Source of the DNA: Polyangiaceae bacterium
GTDB taxonomy: Bacteria; Myxococcota_A; Polyangia; Polyangiales; Polyangiaceae
DNA: 64,000 nt
Direction of reading: 5' to 3'
NCBI GenBank assembly: GCA_965222375.1
Contig: CBDCTZ010000014.1
Span: 1,120,001-1,184,000 of the forward strand
The translations under genes were made by a program, and so were the position numbers. The notes under the pieces were generated by a model. It did not search any database. It saw nothing but the letters and a program-made list of their open reading frames with translations, and was not told where the DNA came from. Of the stretch, positions 55,064-63,652 are shown piece after piece; position 1 is the first letter of the stretch, and each line of letters begins with the position of its first letter.

Positions 55064-56788
55064 TCAGCGTCGGGCTTCGGCGTGGGTCTCGCTGCGCAGG
55101 GACGCAGCAGTGCGCAAGGCAGCCGGCACGGGTTGGGCCAGCTGAGCCGGCTCGTCGGGGGCGTGAGCGCCGCCGAAGGCTTCTTTGTACACACTGCGTC
55201 CAACCACGTGCGCGGCAGCCACGACGCCGCTGGTCATCGCGCCCATGATGCCGTGAGCCGTGCGCAGGCTGGCGCCGCACAGCAGCAACCCCGGGATCTC
55301 GGTTTCCGCACCGGGCCGGCGATGTAAGAACTGGCTGCGGATCAAGGCCAGGCCATAGGACGTGCCGCCCGTCGAACCCGTGTAGCGGGTGTGGGTGAGG
55401 GGAGTCGCGACCTCTTCGAAGACGACGTTGTCTTCCAAAGTCGGGAAGACCTGGGCGGCGCCCGCTCGCATGCGCTGGGCAAACTCAGCCTTGCAGCGGG
55501 CGTAGGCTTCCGAGTCGCTGTAGCTGCCGTCGCAGGCTTCGGCTTCGGTGACACCCCAGGCTGCGAGTTGGCTGGGCACCACCGTCATCAGCTGCAGGTT
55601 CAACACGCCTTCTGGCGCGAGGCGTGGGTTGTCCGGATCCTTGAGGGACGCCAGGGTGGCGTAAACGGGTGGCGCGTCCGTCATGCGACCCGCACGACAG
55701 TCGCGATAGAAACCCTCGATGTCCGTGCTCGGGTACACGAAATAGTTCGTGTTTCGAGTGCGCTCTCCTAGTGCCTCTTGCTTCATGCCCAGGTAAGTCA
55801 CCCCAAGAGCTGGAGCCATTTCCCAATTCCTGGCCCGGGATCGGGTCTTGGGGGACACCGCGCCGGCATCGACCAGGTCGAGAAGTGTCTTCTTGATGTC
55901 GGCGTTGGAGATCACCGTGTCGGTGGCGACGAAGCGGCGACCGACGTGCTTGTTTTCCAGTTCGACTCCGGCGGCCTTGCCGCCTTGCACTCGGATCTTC
56001 TTGACCCGGGTGGACAGGAGCAACTTGCCGCCAGCCGACTCGATGGCGTCCGCTAGCGCGTCGGCCGGAACCTGTCCGCCGCCCAGGGGGTAGTAGCCGC
56101 CATCCTCGAGGTAGTGAAGCATCAGCCCGAGGTGCAGGACCAAGGACGCGCGACTGGGGGGCTCCGCATAGGTACCGTTTTCCGCAGCCAAAACCGTGCG
56201 CAATAGGGGGTCTTGGGTGCAACTATCCAGGAAGCTGCCCAGAGTGGAATCGACCCAGCGCAGCGCTTTGAGGGCGCTCCAGGCTTGCCCCCGGGACCAC
56301 TGCAAGGCGCGCCGGGGCTTCTGTGCGGCGCGTTGCAGATCCGCTGCGGCGGAGAGTAGGTCGACGTAGCGATCGATACCGGCTCGCTCCGAGGGGAAGT
56401 GCTCGATCAAACGTGCGCGATAGGCCTCGATGCCAACGGGTACGCGAAACTCGAGGTCCTCGCACACGATGGTGTCGAAGCCATCCGGGTCCATGCGACC
56501 GAAGCGCACGCCCTTGGCACCCGCTGCGCTGAGGATCCGCGGCAGCATGCCGTCTTTGCCGCACTGCCCCAGGTAGTGCACGCCCACGTCGAATTCGTAG
56601 CCCGGGCGCTTGAAGATCGTCGCATTGCCACCGGGAACGTAGTGCTGGTCCAGCACCAAAACGCTGCGACCGCGTTGGGCAAGCAGAGCACCCGCGGTCA
56701 GGCCCCCCATCCCGGCACCGATGATGACGACATCGAAGCGGTCCTGGTCCAAACGCCGAAAACGGTCGTAGCGAGCTATCGTTGCCAT
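55064..56788 (-). CDS. Phytoene desaturase/retinol saturase family FAD oxidoreductase
   Basis: IIGAGMGGL, YEFDVGVHY, YYPLGGGQ and TPLTH..Y..GGTSYG motifs. Confidence 0.9.
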   Translation of the reverse strand: MATIARYDRFRRLDQDRFDVVIIGAGMGGLTAGALLAQRGRSVLVLDQHYVPGGNATIFKRPGYEFDVGVHYLGQCGKDGMLPRILSAAGAKGVRFGRMDPDGFDTIVCEDLEFRVPVGIEAYRARLIEHFPSERAGIDRYVDLLSAAADLQRAAQKPRRALQWSRGQAWSALKALRWVDSTLGSFLDSCTQDPLLRTVLAAENGTYAEPPSRASLVLHLGLMLHYLEDGGYYPLGGGQVPADALADAIESAGGKLLLSTRVKKIRVQGGKAAGVELENKHVGRRFVATDTVISNADIKKTLLDLVDAGAVSPKTRSRARNWEMAPALGVTYLGMKQEALGERTRNTNYFVYPSTDIEGFYRDCRAGRMTDAPPVYATLASLKDPDNPRLAPEGVLNLQLMTVVPSQLAAWGVTEAEACDGSYSDSEAYARCKAEFAQRMRAGAAQVFPTLEDNVVFEEVATPLTHTRYTGSTGGTSYGLALIRSQFLHRRPGAETEIPGLLLCGASLRTAHGIMGAMTSGVVAAAHVVGRSVYKEAFGGAHAPDEPAQLAQPVPAALRTAASLRSETHAEARR

Positions 56789-56828
56789 GCGGGGCACTCC
56801 TTTGTGGGCGACGAGAAGCTTGCGCTCG

Positions 56829-56849
56829 AATCTTTACGCTGTCAAGATT
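56829..56849. promoter_or_regulatory. Candidate TetR operator
   Basis: AATCTTTAC-GCT-GTCAAGATT (9-bp arms, one mismatch) between the divergent oxidoreductase and tetR genes. Confidence 0.75.
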
Positions 56850-56853
56850 GGGC

Positions 56854-57531
56854 ATGGCTCGCGCCAAACGACCCAAAAAGCCGCTGAAACGAAAGCCTGC
56901 CGGGCGTTACCACCACGGCGACCTGCGCCAAGAGCTCGTGCGCGCCAGCCGTCGTATCGTCGCCGAAGATGGCATCGGCGCGCTCACCTTTCGTGAGGTG
57001 GCGCGTCGAGTTGGCGTCAGCCATGCGGCGCCAGCGCATCACTTCGAGGACAAGACGGCGCTGCTTGCCGCCGTGGCCGCCGAGGGCTTCGTCGAGCTCA
57101 CCGACGCCTTGTCTCAGGCGCTGCTCGGCGCCGGAGAGCAAGCCGTGCATCGCCTCAACGCGACGGGCGTGGCCTACGTCACCTACGCCGCCGAGCATCC
57201 CAGCTTGTTTCGACTCATGTTCGGCAGAGAGCTCTCGGCGTGCAAAGACGAGGATTTCCTGGGATCCTCAGCCCGAGCGTACGAAGTCCTCGATTCGGCG
57301 TCTCGGGACGTGATCCGTGAGCATGGTGGCGCGGATCCGGCGGAGCGCCAGGTCGTCATCGCGGGTGCGTGGTCGTTGGTGCACGGCATGAGCATGCTCT
57401 GGCTCGATGGGCGGCTGACCCCCGGAAACCGAAGTCCAGGTGCCCTGACCTCGCTGGCTCGCCGCGTCACGGATCTGATCAGCCGCGCCCTCTTGGCCGA
57501 CCCTAGCCCGTGGGGTTTCCAGGCCGGCTGA
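56854..57531 (+). CDS. TetR/AcrR family regulator (WHG-type C-terminus)
   Basis: YHHGDLR, REVARRVGVSHAAPAHHF and WSLVHG motifs. Confidence 0.95.
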   Translation: MARAKRPKKPLKRKPAGRYHHGDLRQELVRASRRIVAEDGIGALTFREVARRVGVSHAAPAHHFEDKTALLAAVAAEGFVELTDALSQALLGAGEQAVHRLNATGVAYVTYAAEHPSLFRLMFGRELSACKDEDFLGSSARAYEVLDSASRDVIREHGGADPAERQVVIAGAWSLVHGMSMLWLDGRLTPGNRSPGALTSLARRVTDLISRALLADPSPWGFQAG

Positions 57532-57576
57532 CGCATCTCATGGGGCTCCCGTCGTCTCGGGGCGTAGGCTCGGTGA

Positions 57577-58791
57577 ATGGCGCTGCCACGGACCAAACGC
57601 CTCCCGGTTGTCGAGACAGAGTGCAAGCCCCTGCTTGCGGTTTGGGAAATCACGCTGCGCTGTGATCAGCGCTGCCGCTTCTGCGGCACTCGCGCTGGCA
57701 AGGGTCACCCCCAAGAACTGAGCACCGAAGAGGCGCTGGATGTCGTGCAGCAGCTCGCAGAGATGGGCACGGCGGAAGTGGCTGTGCATGGGGGCGAGGC
57801 CTACTTGCGCAAGGACTGGCTCGAGATCGTCGCGGCCATTGTCGAGCGGGGCATGGACTGCACCATGGTGACCGGGGGTCGCGGATTCTCCGCAGAGCTG
57901 GCCCGAGCGACCCAGTCCGCCGGCATCACCGCCGTGAGCGTTTCCGTGGACGGAACCGAGTCCACCCACGACGAGTTACGCGGCATCGCCGGCAGCCACG
58001 CCAGTGCGCGCAGTGCTTTGCAGAACCTCGCTGACGCGGGCGTGCCTGTGGGCTGCAACACGCAGATCAACCGCAAGAACTTCCGAGAGCTCGATGCGAT
58101 TGCCGATGTGGCCATCGCCAGCGGCGCTTACGGTTGGCAGGTGCAACTCATGGTGCCCATGGGCCGCGCGGCCGACGCTGAAGATCTCTGGCTCGAGCCC
58201 TACGACATTCTCGAGGTCATGCCGCGCATCGCCGAGCTGCGACAGCGCTGCGACGACCATGGCGTCCACCTCTGGCCCGGCAACAACGTCGGCTACTTCG
58301 GCCCCTACGAGTACCTTCTGCGCAAGGACCGAACCCGCACTGGCTTTTCCAGCGGCTGCGGCGGTGGGATCCGGACCATTGGCATCGAAGCCAACGGTGA
58401 CATCAAGGGTTGCTCGGCCATGGCGTCCAAAGGCTTCGTGGGCGGGAATGTCCGGAGCAAGTCGATTCGCGAGATTTGGGATCACGCACCGGAGCTGCAG
58501 TTCACGCGAGGTTTTCTGTTGGACGATCTCTGGGGCCAGTGCCGATCTTGCTACTACGCGATGACATGCAAGGGTGGCTGCATCTGGACGTCGAGCACCC
58601 TATTGGGAAGGGCTGGGAACAACCCCTATTGTCATCATCGGGCCCTGGAGTTGCTCGCGCGAGGGCAGCGCGAGGTCCTACGCCGTGTCGAAGAGGCTCC
58701 CGGCGAACTTCGAGATACGGCGCGCTTCGAACTATCCGTTGAAGATGCGCCGGCCGAATGGGCCAGCGCATTGCCCGTGGCGTATTCGTGA
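57577..58791 (+). CDS. Radical SAM/SPASM peptide maturase, PlpX-like (splicease family)
   Basis: AVWEITLRCDQRCRFCGTRAG, GGEAYLRKDW, CNTQINR, WQVQLMVPMG, GNNVGYFGPYE, IEANGDIKGC, CRSC-x5-CKGGC and GNNPYCHHRAL motifs. Confidence 0.85.
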   Translation: MALPRTKRLPVVETECKPLLAVWEITLRCDQRCRFCGTRAGKGHPQELSTEEALDVVQQLAEMGTAEVAVHGGEAYLRKDWLEIVAAIVERGMDCTMVTGGRGFSAELARATQSAGITAVSVSVDGTESTHDELRGIAGSHASARSALQNLADAGVPVGCNTQINRKNFRELDAIADVAIASGAYGWQVQLMVPMGRAADAEDLWLEPYDILEVMPRIAELRQRCDDHGVHLWPGNNVGYFGPYEYLLRKDRTRTGFSSGCGGGIRTIGIEANGDIKGCSAMASKGFVGGNVRSKSIREIWDHAPELQFTRGFLLDDLWGQCRSCYYAMTCKGGCIWTSSTLLGRAGNNPYCHHRALELLARGQREVLRRVEEAPGELRDTARFELSVEDAPAEWASALPVAYS

Positions 58792-59041
58792 TCATCAATT
58801 GAGACGGGCCGGGCGCTTTTCGCCGACGTTGCGGCGGATGAGTCCACACGAGCGCGAGGCCGTCGATTTCGCAATCAAGGCTCCTCGGTTTATGCACTCC
58901 GCTGCCCATGGACAACTTGCCGGTGGGCGAGCGTGGCCCAGGGCAAGAGTAGTGGCCCAACGCCGCCACAGCACTCCGTCGGGTATCACGAAGCGCGTCG
59001 CTCGACCCCAAACCCAACCAGCAACCGGGGCGTGTTCTTGT

Positions 59042-59491
59042 TCAGCCGGCGTCGAAGGGCGGTGGACCATAGGCGGGAAGCGCACCACCAAATCCGCTTT
59101 GCGCGCCGGTGCCGCCATCCGTGCCGGCCGTTCCGCCAACGCCAGCTCCACCGTCAATGGGAGGAGGAGGGCCATAGGCAGGTAGGGCGCCACCGAATCC
59201 GCTTTGCGCGCCGGTGCCGGCGGTACCCGCTTGGCCACCCTGGCCCGCGGTGCCTCCGCTTCCACCGCCACCTGTCGCGCCACTGCCACCCGTCGCGCCG
59301 GTGCCTCCGCTGCCGTCGCTCTCGTCGCTGCCTCCGCAACCAGACACGGTGAAGGACAGCCCCACTGCGACCGCGGCACTCACTCCCGCGCGTCCAGCGC
59401 GCAGTTGGCGCCCGCGCGCACAGAAAGGGCAATCGGTTTCGCTGTCCTTGATGTAGCGGGTGCAGCGGGGGCAAAGGGAAAACTCGTCCAT
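59042..59491 (-). CDS. Putative RiPP/spliceotide precursor: Zn-ribbon leader, lipobox-like segment and two LPAYGPPP cores
   Basis: AGGAGGAGG RBS before ATG 59491; CPRC..CPFC; TVSGC; GTGAQSGFGGALPAYGPPP twice. Confidence 0.75.
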   Translation of the reverse strand: MDEFSLCPRCTRYIKDSETDCPFCARGRQLRAGRAGVSAAVAVGLSFTVSGCGGSDESDGSGGTGATGGSGATGGGGSGGTAGQGGQAGTAGTGAQSGFGGALPAYGPPPPIDGGAGVGGTAGTDGGTGAQSGFGGALPAYGPPPFDAG

Positions 59492-59550
59492 GGCAGTCCT
59501 CCTCCTGCGTGGATCAAAGCGCAACTCGCGGCGAGGCGCTTTGATCGGCG

Positions 59551-60162
59551 TCAAGAAGTGCCGGGCGCGTCGGCCTTGTCGGCGATGAACCAGGCGAAAC
59601 TGCCGAAAAGCGCCTGGCTGCGCTGGACCGTGAAACCGGCGTCGGCGAGGGCGTTGCCAAAGCCTTCCTGGTCGAAGCGATCCTCCATGGGGTGGTCGAG
59701 CAACCGCCGCCACAGCGGATGCAGGATGAAGCGCGCCAGGACTTCTTCGCAGTAGAAGCGCCCTCCGGGCTTGAGCACACGGTGCAGTTCAGCCAGGGCG
59801 TCACGCCAGTTCGGAACGTGATGGATGATCCCGAAGTCGAAGACGGCGTCGTAGCTCGCGTCGTCGACGGGGATCTCCGTCACGCTGCCAGTCCACAGGC
59901 GCACGCTGCTGCCGCGGCCCAGGACTCGCCTCCGCGCCAACTCCACCATGTGGGCGTCGAGGTCGAAAGCGTCGACCTTGGCCGCGCCGAACACGTCGAA
60001 GATGATCTCCACGCCGCGCCCGCGCCCACAGCCGACTTCGAGACAGTGTTTCCCGTTGACCGTGCCACCCAAGTCGGCCAGCACCCGCGCCTCGTAGTGA
60101 CGCTGGATCGCCGCGCGCACGGGGTTGTTCATCATGGCCTTCTCGACCCGATTGAGCAGCAT
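59551..60162 (-). CDS. Class I SAM-dependent methyltransferase
   Basis: LEVGCGRG, FDLD, YDAVF..IIHH and RVLKPGG motifs. Confidence 0.9.
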   Translation of the reverse strand: MLLNRVEKAMMNNPVRAAIQRHYEARVLADLGGTVNGKHCLEVGCGRGRGVEIIFDVFGAAKVDAFDLDAHMVELARRRVLGRGSSVRLWTGSVTEIPVDDASYDAVFDFGIIHHVPNWRDALAELHRVLKPGGRFYCEEVLARFILHPLWRRLLDHPMEDRFDQEGFGNALADAGFTVQRSQALFGSFAWFIADKADAPGTS

Positions 60163-60214
60163 GCAACTGGTGTAACCACGACCGGCCTAGCGCGCCAGCC
60201 CTGGAGACCCACCC

Positions 60215-60247
60215 CGCAAGCAGCCGGCCATGCAAGCAGCCGGCCAT
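60215..60247 (-). promoter_or_regulatory. Tandemly duplicated sigma54-type -24/-12 element
   Basis: Perfect 16-bp tandem repeat; each unit reads TGGCCG-GCTGC-TTGC on the minus strand. Confidence 0.6.
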
Positions 60248-60345
60248 GTAGGATGGAGTGCGACACCGCGAGAAAGGCCGAAGCCAATGACCGACCGCGC
60301 CTATCGGCCTTTATTGGGTCATGAGCCGCTGCAAGGTGCAGAAAG

Positions 60346-60429
60346 GGATCGACACAGGATCCAAATTTTGATCTAAGTCCGGCGTCGAGATATTTCTGGA
60401 TCGACAAACACTCGGACTTTTGATCTAAG
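60346..60429. repeat. Two bipartite motifs with 52-bp period
   Basis: GGATCGACA-N11-TTTTGATCTAAG at 60346 and 60398. Confidence 0.75.
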
Positions 60430-60435
60430 CCTATT

Positions 60436-62769
60436 GTGGAAGTTTCAGCCCAAGCATCACCTTGTCCGGAGCGGCTTTGGTCCGATGCCGACTGTCCCTT
60501 TCGAGTGCGGCTGCGGCTTTACTCGGAACGCCTGATCGTCGAACAAGCCGATGGCAAATTCAGGGAGCAGGAGGTGGCGGTGCTGTCTCTGCGCTTCGAT
60601 TATGACGGACGGCTCGTCCGACCACGCCGGAGTGATGATTGGCTCGAAGCGGATAGCGACGACGATGTCGAGCGTGACGATGCCGCGGAGTGTCGCGCTC
60701 AGGCTCTGGTCGAGCGCCATGGCGCCGTCGAGTTGGAGTGCGTGGATGGGTTGATCACGTCTTACGACTCCGAGGCCGACTACGTCATCAACGTGGACGA
60801 AAACGTTCACGCCATTTGCTCGTTCTCCGGCCCCGCGGTGGAAGAGTTGCGCGCCCTGGGCTGGGACGTGCAGACCGACGCTGACTTCAAGTTCCAGGTC
60901 GTACCCGGAGGCGATCGTTGGGTTGCCGAAGTTTCCGACGCCGACGACACGGGTAACTGGTTTCAATTGGAGCTCGGCGTCGAAATCGATGGAACCCGCG
61001 TGGACTTGGTGCCGGCCTTGTTGCGGCTGTTGGAGGAGGCGCCCCAGGGCGGGCGGCTTTCCGCGCTATCCCGCCACGTTGCGCGCTGCCGTGCGCTGCC
61101 CGTGGGGGACGGGCGCTACGTCGCAATCCCCTGGGAACGCTTGGAACCCATCCTGGACGTGCTCAGCGAACTCTATGACGGCGAGTCCAAGCCCAAGTTC
61201 GACTTGCTCGACTGCCTGGTGGCCGCTCTTGCGCGCTTGGAAGATGCGGTGCTCGAGGGCGGTAGCGAAATTGAGTGGCGCGGCCGTGTGGACAAAGTGG
61301 AGCGGGGGAGAAAGCTGAGTGCCGGGCCGCACTTCGCGCCCAAGCCGGCGGCGTTGCGCGCTGAGCTACGCCCCTACCAACACGATGGTCTGACCTGGCT
61401 ATGCCATCTACGAGACCATGGCGTTGGCGGAGTGCTGGCCGACGACATGGGCTTGGGGAAAACCCTTCAGACCATTGCGCTACTGTCCATCGAGAAGGAG
61501 GCGCGTCGCATGGACGTGCCGACCCTGATCGTGGTGCCGACGAGCCTTGTGCATGGCTGGAAGCAACAGATCCGCCAGTTCGCTCCGCACCTGCGCGTGA
61601 TGGTGCTGCATGGCAAGAAGCGTCACAGCGCCTGGGAGCGCACCGACAAGGCGGACGTCGTGCTGACGACCTATTCGGTGCTGTGGCGTGATCTGAAGCG
61701 CTTCCAGGAGGCCGAGTGGCACTACGTGGTTCTCGACGAAGCGCAGGCGATCAAGAACGCGCGCAGCCAGGCGAGCAGAGCCGCCCGCTCACTTCGTGCT
61801 CGGCACCGGTTGGCGCTGACGGGCACCCCCGTTGAGAACAACTTGGACGAGCTGTGGAGCCTGTTCGACTTCGTCCTGCCTGGGCTGCTTGGCTCGGCGC
61901 AGCGTTTCCGAACCGGGTTTCGCTACCCTATCGAGCGCGAAGGTAACGAAAGCCGTCTGCTTGCCCTGCGTAACCGGGTGTCGCCCTTCGTCATGCGCCG
62001 TCTCAAGGAGAACGTTGCACGAGACCTGCCGCCCAAGACCGAGCTGGTGCGGCATGTCGATCTGCATGGTGAGCAACGAGACCTATACGAGAGCATTCGC
62101 GTCGCGGCGCACAGTGATGTTCGCAGTGCGATCCGTAAGCAGGGCTTCGAAGCCTCCAGCGTCATGATTCTGGATGCGCTGACCAAGCTTCGGCAGGTGT
62201 GCTGCGATCCTCGCCTAGTTCCCGTCGACGCCGCCCGGGGTGTAACTGCGTCGGCGAAGTCCGACGCCTTTTTCGCCATGGTCCAGAGCGAGTTGGGGCG
62301 CGGCAGGCGGATCCTGGTGTTTTCTCAGTTCGCGCGGATGCTCGGCCTGCTCTCCGCAGGTCTCGAAGAGCGCGAGATCCGGCATGTGACCCTCACAGGA
62401 GCCTCGACGGAGCGCCATCGGCTGGTTGACGCCTTCCAGGGCGGAGAGGCCGATGTCTTCTTGATCAGCCTGAAGGCTGGGGGAACCGGCTTGAACCTGA
62501 CTCGCGCCGACACGGTGATTCACTACGACCCCTGGTGGAACGCAGCAGCTCAGATGCAGGCGACGGATCGCGCGCATCGCATCGGCCAGAAGAACCCTGT
62601 GTTCGTTCACAACCTGGTCGCCCTGGGCAGCGTCGAGGAGCGCATGCTGGCACTACAGCAGAAGAAGCGCGCCCTGGCTGATACGCTGCTCGGCGACGAA
62701 GTGGGCAAGCTGCGCCTACTGCCCGATGACATCGACGATCTCTTCGCGCCCTTGGATGACGTGGACTGA
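60436..62769 (+). CDS. SNF2-family helicase/ATPase
   Basis: LRPYQ, LADDMGLGKT, DEAQ, LTGTP, LVFSQF, SLKAGGTGLNL and QATDRAHRIGQ motifs. Confidence 0.95.
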   Translation: MEVSAQASPCPERLWSDADCPFRVRLRLYSERLIVEQADGKFREQEVAVLSLRFDYDGRLVRPRRSDDWLEADSDDDVERDDAAECRAQALVERHGAVELECVDGLITSYDSEADYVINVDENVHAICSFSGPAVEELRALGWDVQTDADFKFQVVPGGDRWVAEVSDADDTGNWFQLELGVEIDGTRVDLVPALLRLLEEAPQGGRLSALSRHVARCRALPVGDGRYVAIPWERLEPILDVLSELYDGESKPKFDLLDCLVAALARLEDAVLEGGSEIEWRGRVDKVERGRKLSAGPHFAPKPAALRAELRPYQHDGLTWLCHLRDHGVGGVLADDMGLGKTLQTIALLSIEKEARRMDVPTLIVVPTSLVHGWKQQIRQFAPHLRVMVLHGKKRHSAWERTDKADVVLTTYSVLWRDLKRFQEAEWHYVVLDEAQAIKNARSQASRAARSLRARHRLALTGTPVENNLDELWSLFDFVLPGLLGSAQRFRTGFRYPIEREGNESRLLALRNRVSPFVMRRLKENVARDLPPKTELVRHVDLHGEQRDLYESIRVAAHSDVRSAIRKQGFEASSVMILDALTKLRQVCCDPRLVPVDAARGVTASAKSDAFFAMVQSELGRGRRILVFSQFARMLGLLSAGLEEREIRHVTLTGASTERHRLVDAFQGGEADVFLISLKAGGTGLNLTRADTVIHYDPWWNAAAQMQATDRAHRIGQKNPVFVHNLVALGSVEERMLALQQKKRALADTLLGDEVGKLRLLPDDIDDLFAPLDDVD

Positions 62770-62783
62770 AAGTCCGGCCCGTC

Positions 62784-63641
62784 TCACTTCCGCATGATGA
62801 GCGGAGCGCCCCCCAGCTTGGGCGCGCTCTTAGGCGGTGCCTTTGGCGACCCGCCTGCGACATCACCCAAGACGTGGTCCTTGCAACGCTCGATGCTCGA
62901 TCGAAACCCCTTGGCCATGACTTCACGTCGCTGGGTCTCGCTGAGCTTGCTCAAGGCGTCTCCAGGATAGTTTTCCTGCCACACCCGCCAGGCGCCAGCG
63001 CAGTCTTTCGCGCGAGCCAGGCACGCCGCCCCATTGTGGAACAGCGCTCGCGGTCCGCCCTTGACCTGGCCGTCGTCGGGGCCATTGGGCTTGACCTTGG
63101 CGCTGAGCTGTCGCACCAGGGCGATGTTCTTGTCGCAGTCCTTGCGGGAGTTCATGAACGCGCCGTCACTGATCTCCCAGAGGGCTCGCAAGAGCTTGTC
63201 CCGCTCGGTCATGTCAGTGCCGCGGCAGCGCATGCTGCCAATGCTTTCCGCGGTCCGATGGGCGCGGTCCGGCGCCATGTTCATTTGCCGGACGTAGTAG
63301 CCCGCCAGTAGCTTCTTGCCTGCCTGGCAGTCGCCAGCGAGCATTTGGCACTGAGCGCGCAAAGCGCTCATGGTCTTGGCCAACTTGGGGGCGTGGGCCT
63401 TGAGCTTGTCCAGATCTTCCAGGCAGCCCTTGCCATCGTCGTGGAGCATCTTGCGGTTTGCGGACGCGCCGAGTTCGGCGATTTCGCCGGCAAGGGTGGC
63501 GTTGCCTGAGCTGGGGGTCGCCAGAGGGTTTGCGGCGCTCGGTGCTGACGCACTCGGGGCTGCATTGTCCGTGCTGGGTTTAGCCTGCTGGCAAGCGGCC
63601 GCGCTGGCGATCAGCAGCAGTGTCAGAGGCGCTCGTTGCAT
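62784..63641 (-). CDS. Helical Cys-containing lipoprotein
   Basis: Lipobox AAAC; C-terminal domain homologous to the upstream gene product. Confidence 0.75.
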   Translation of the reverse strand: MQRAPLTLLLIASAAACQQAKPSTDNAAPSASAPSAANPLATPSSGNATLAGEIAELGASANRKMLHDDGKGCLEDLDKLKAHAPKLAKTMSALRAQCQMLAGDCQAGKKLLAGYYVRQMNMAPDRAHRTAESIGSMRCRGTDMTERDKLLRALWEISDGAFMNSRKDCDKNIALVRQLSAKVKPNGPDDGQVKGGPRALFHNGAACLARAKDCAGAWRVWQENYPGDALSKLSETQRREVMAKGFRSSIERCKDHVLGDVAGGSPKAPPKSAPKLGGAPLIMRK

Positions 63642-63652
63642 GGGCCGCAGCA

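Noticed and set aside
58574..59379. ORFs 58574-59185 (+) and 58795-59379 (-) as a PlpY/RRE partner
   Set aside because: They overlap real genes in shadow frames, have Arg/Ala/Pro-biased composition and show no PqqD-like pattern.
45298..60429. Two-copy repeats (45331/45481, 51925/51960, 60346/60398) as CRISPR arrays
   Set aside because: Only two copies each and no cas genes in the window.
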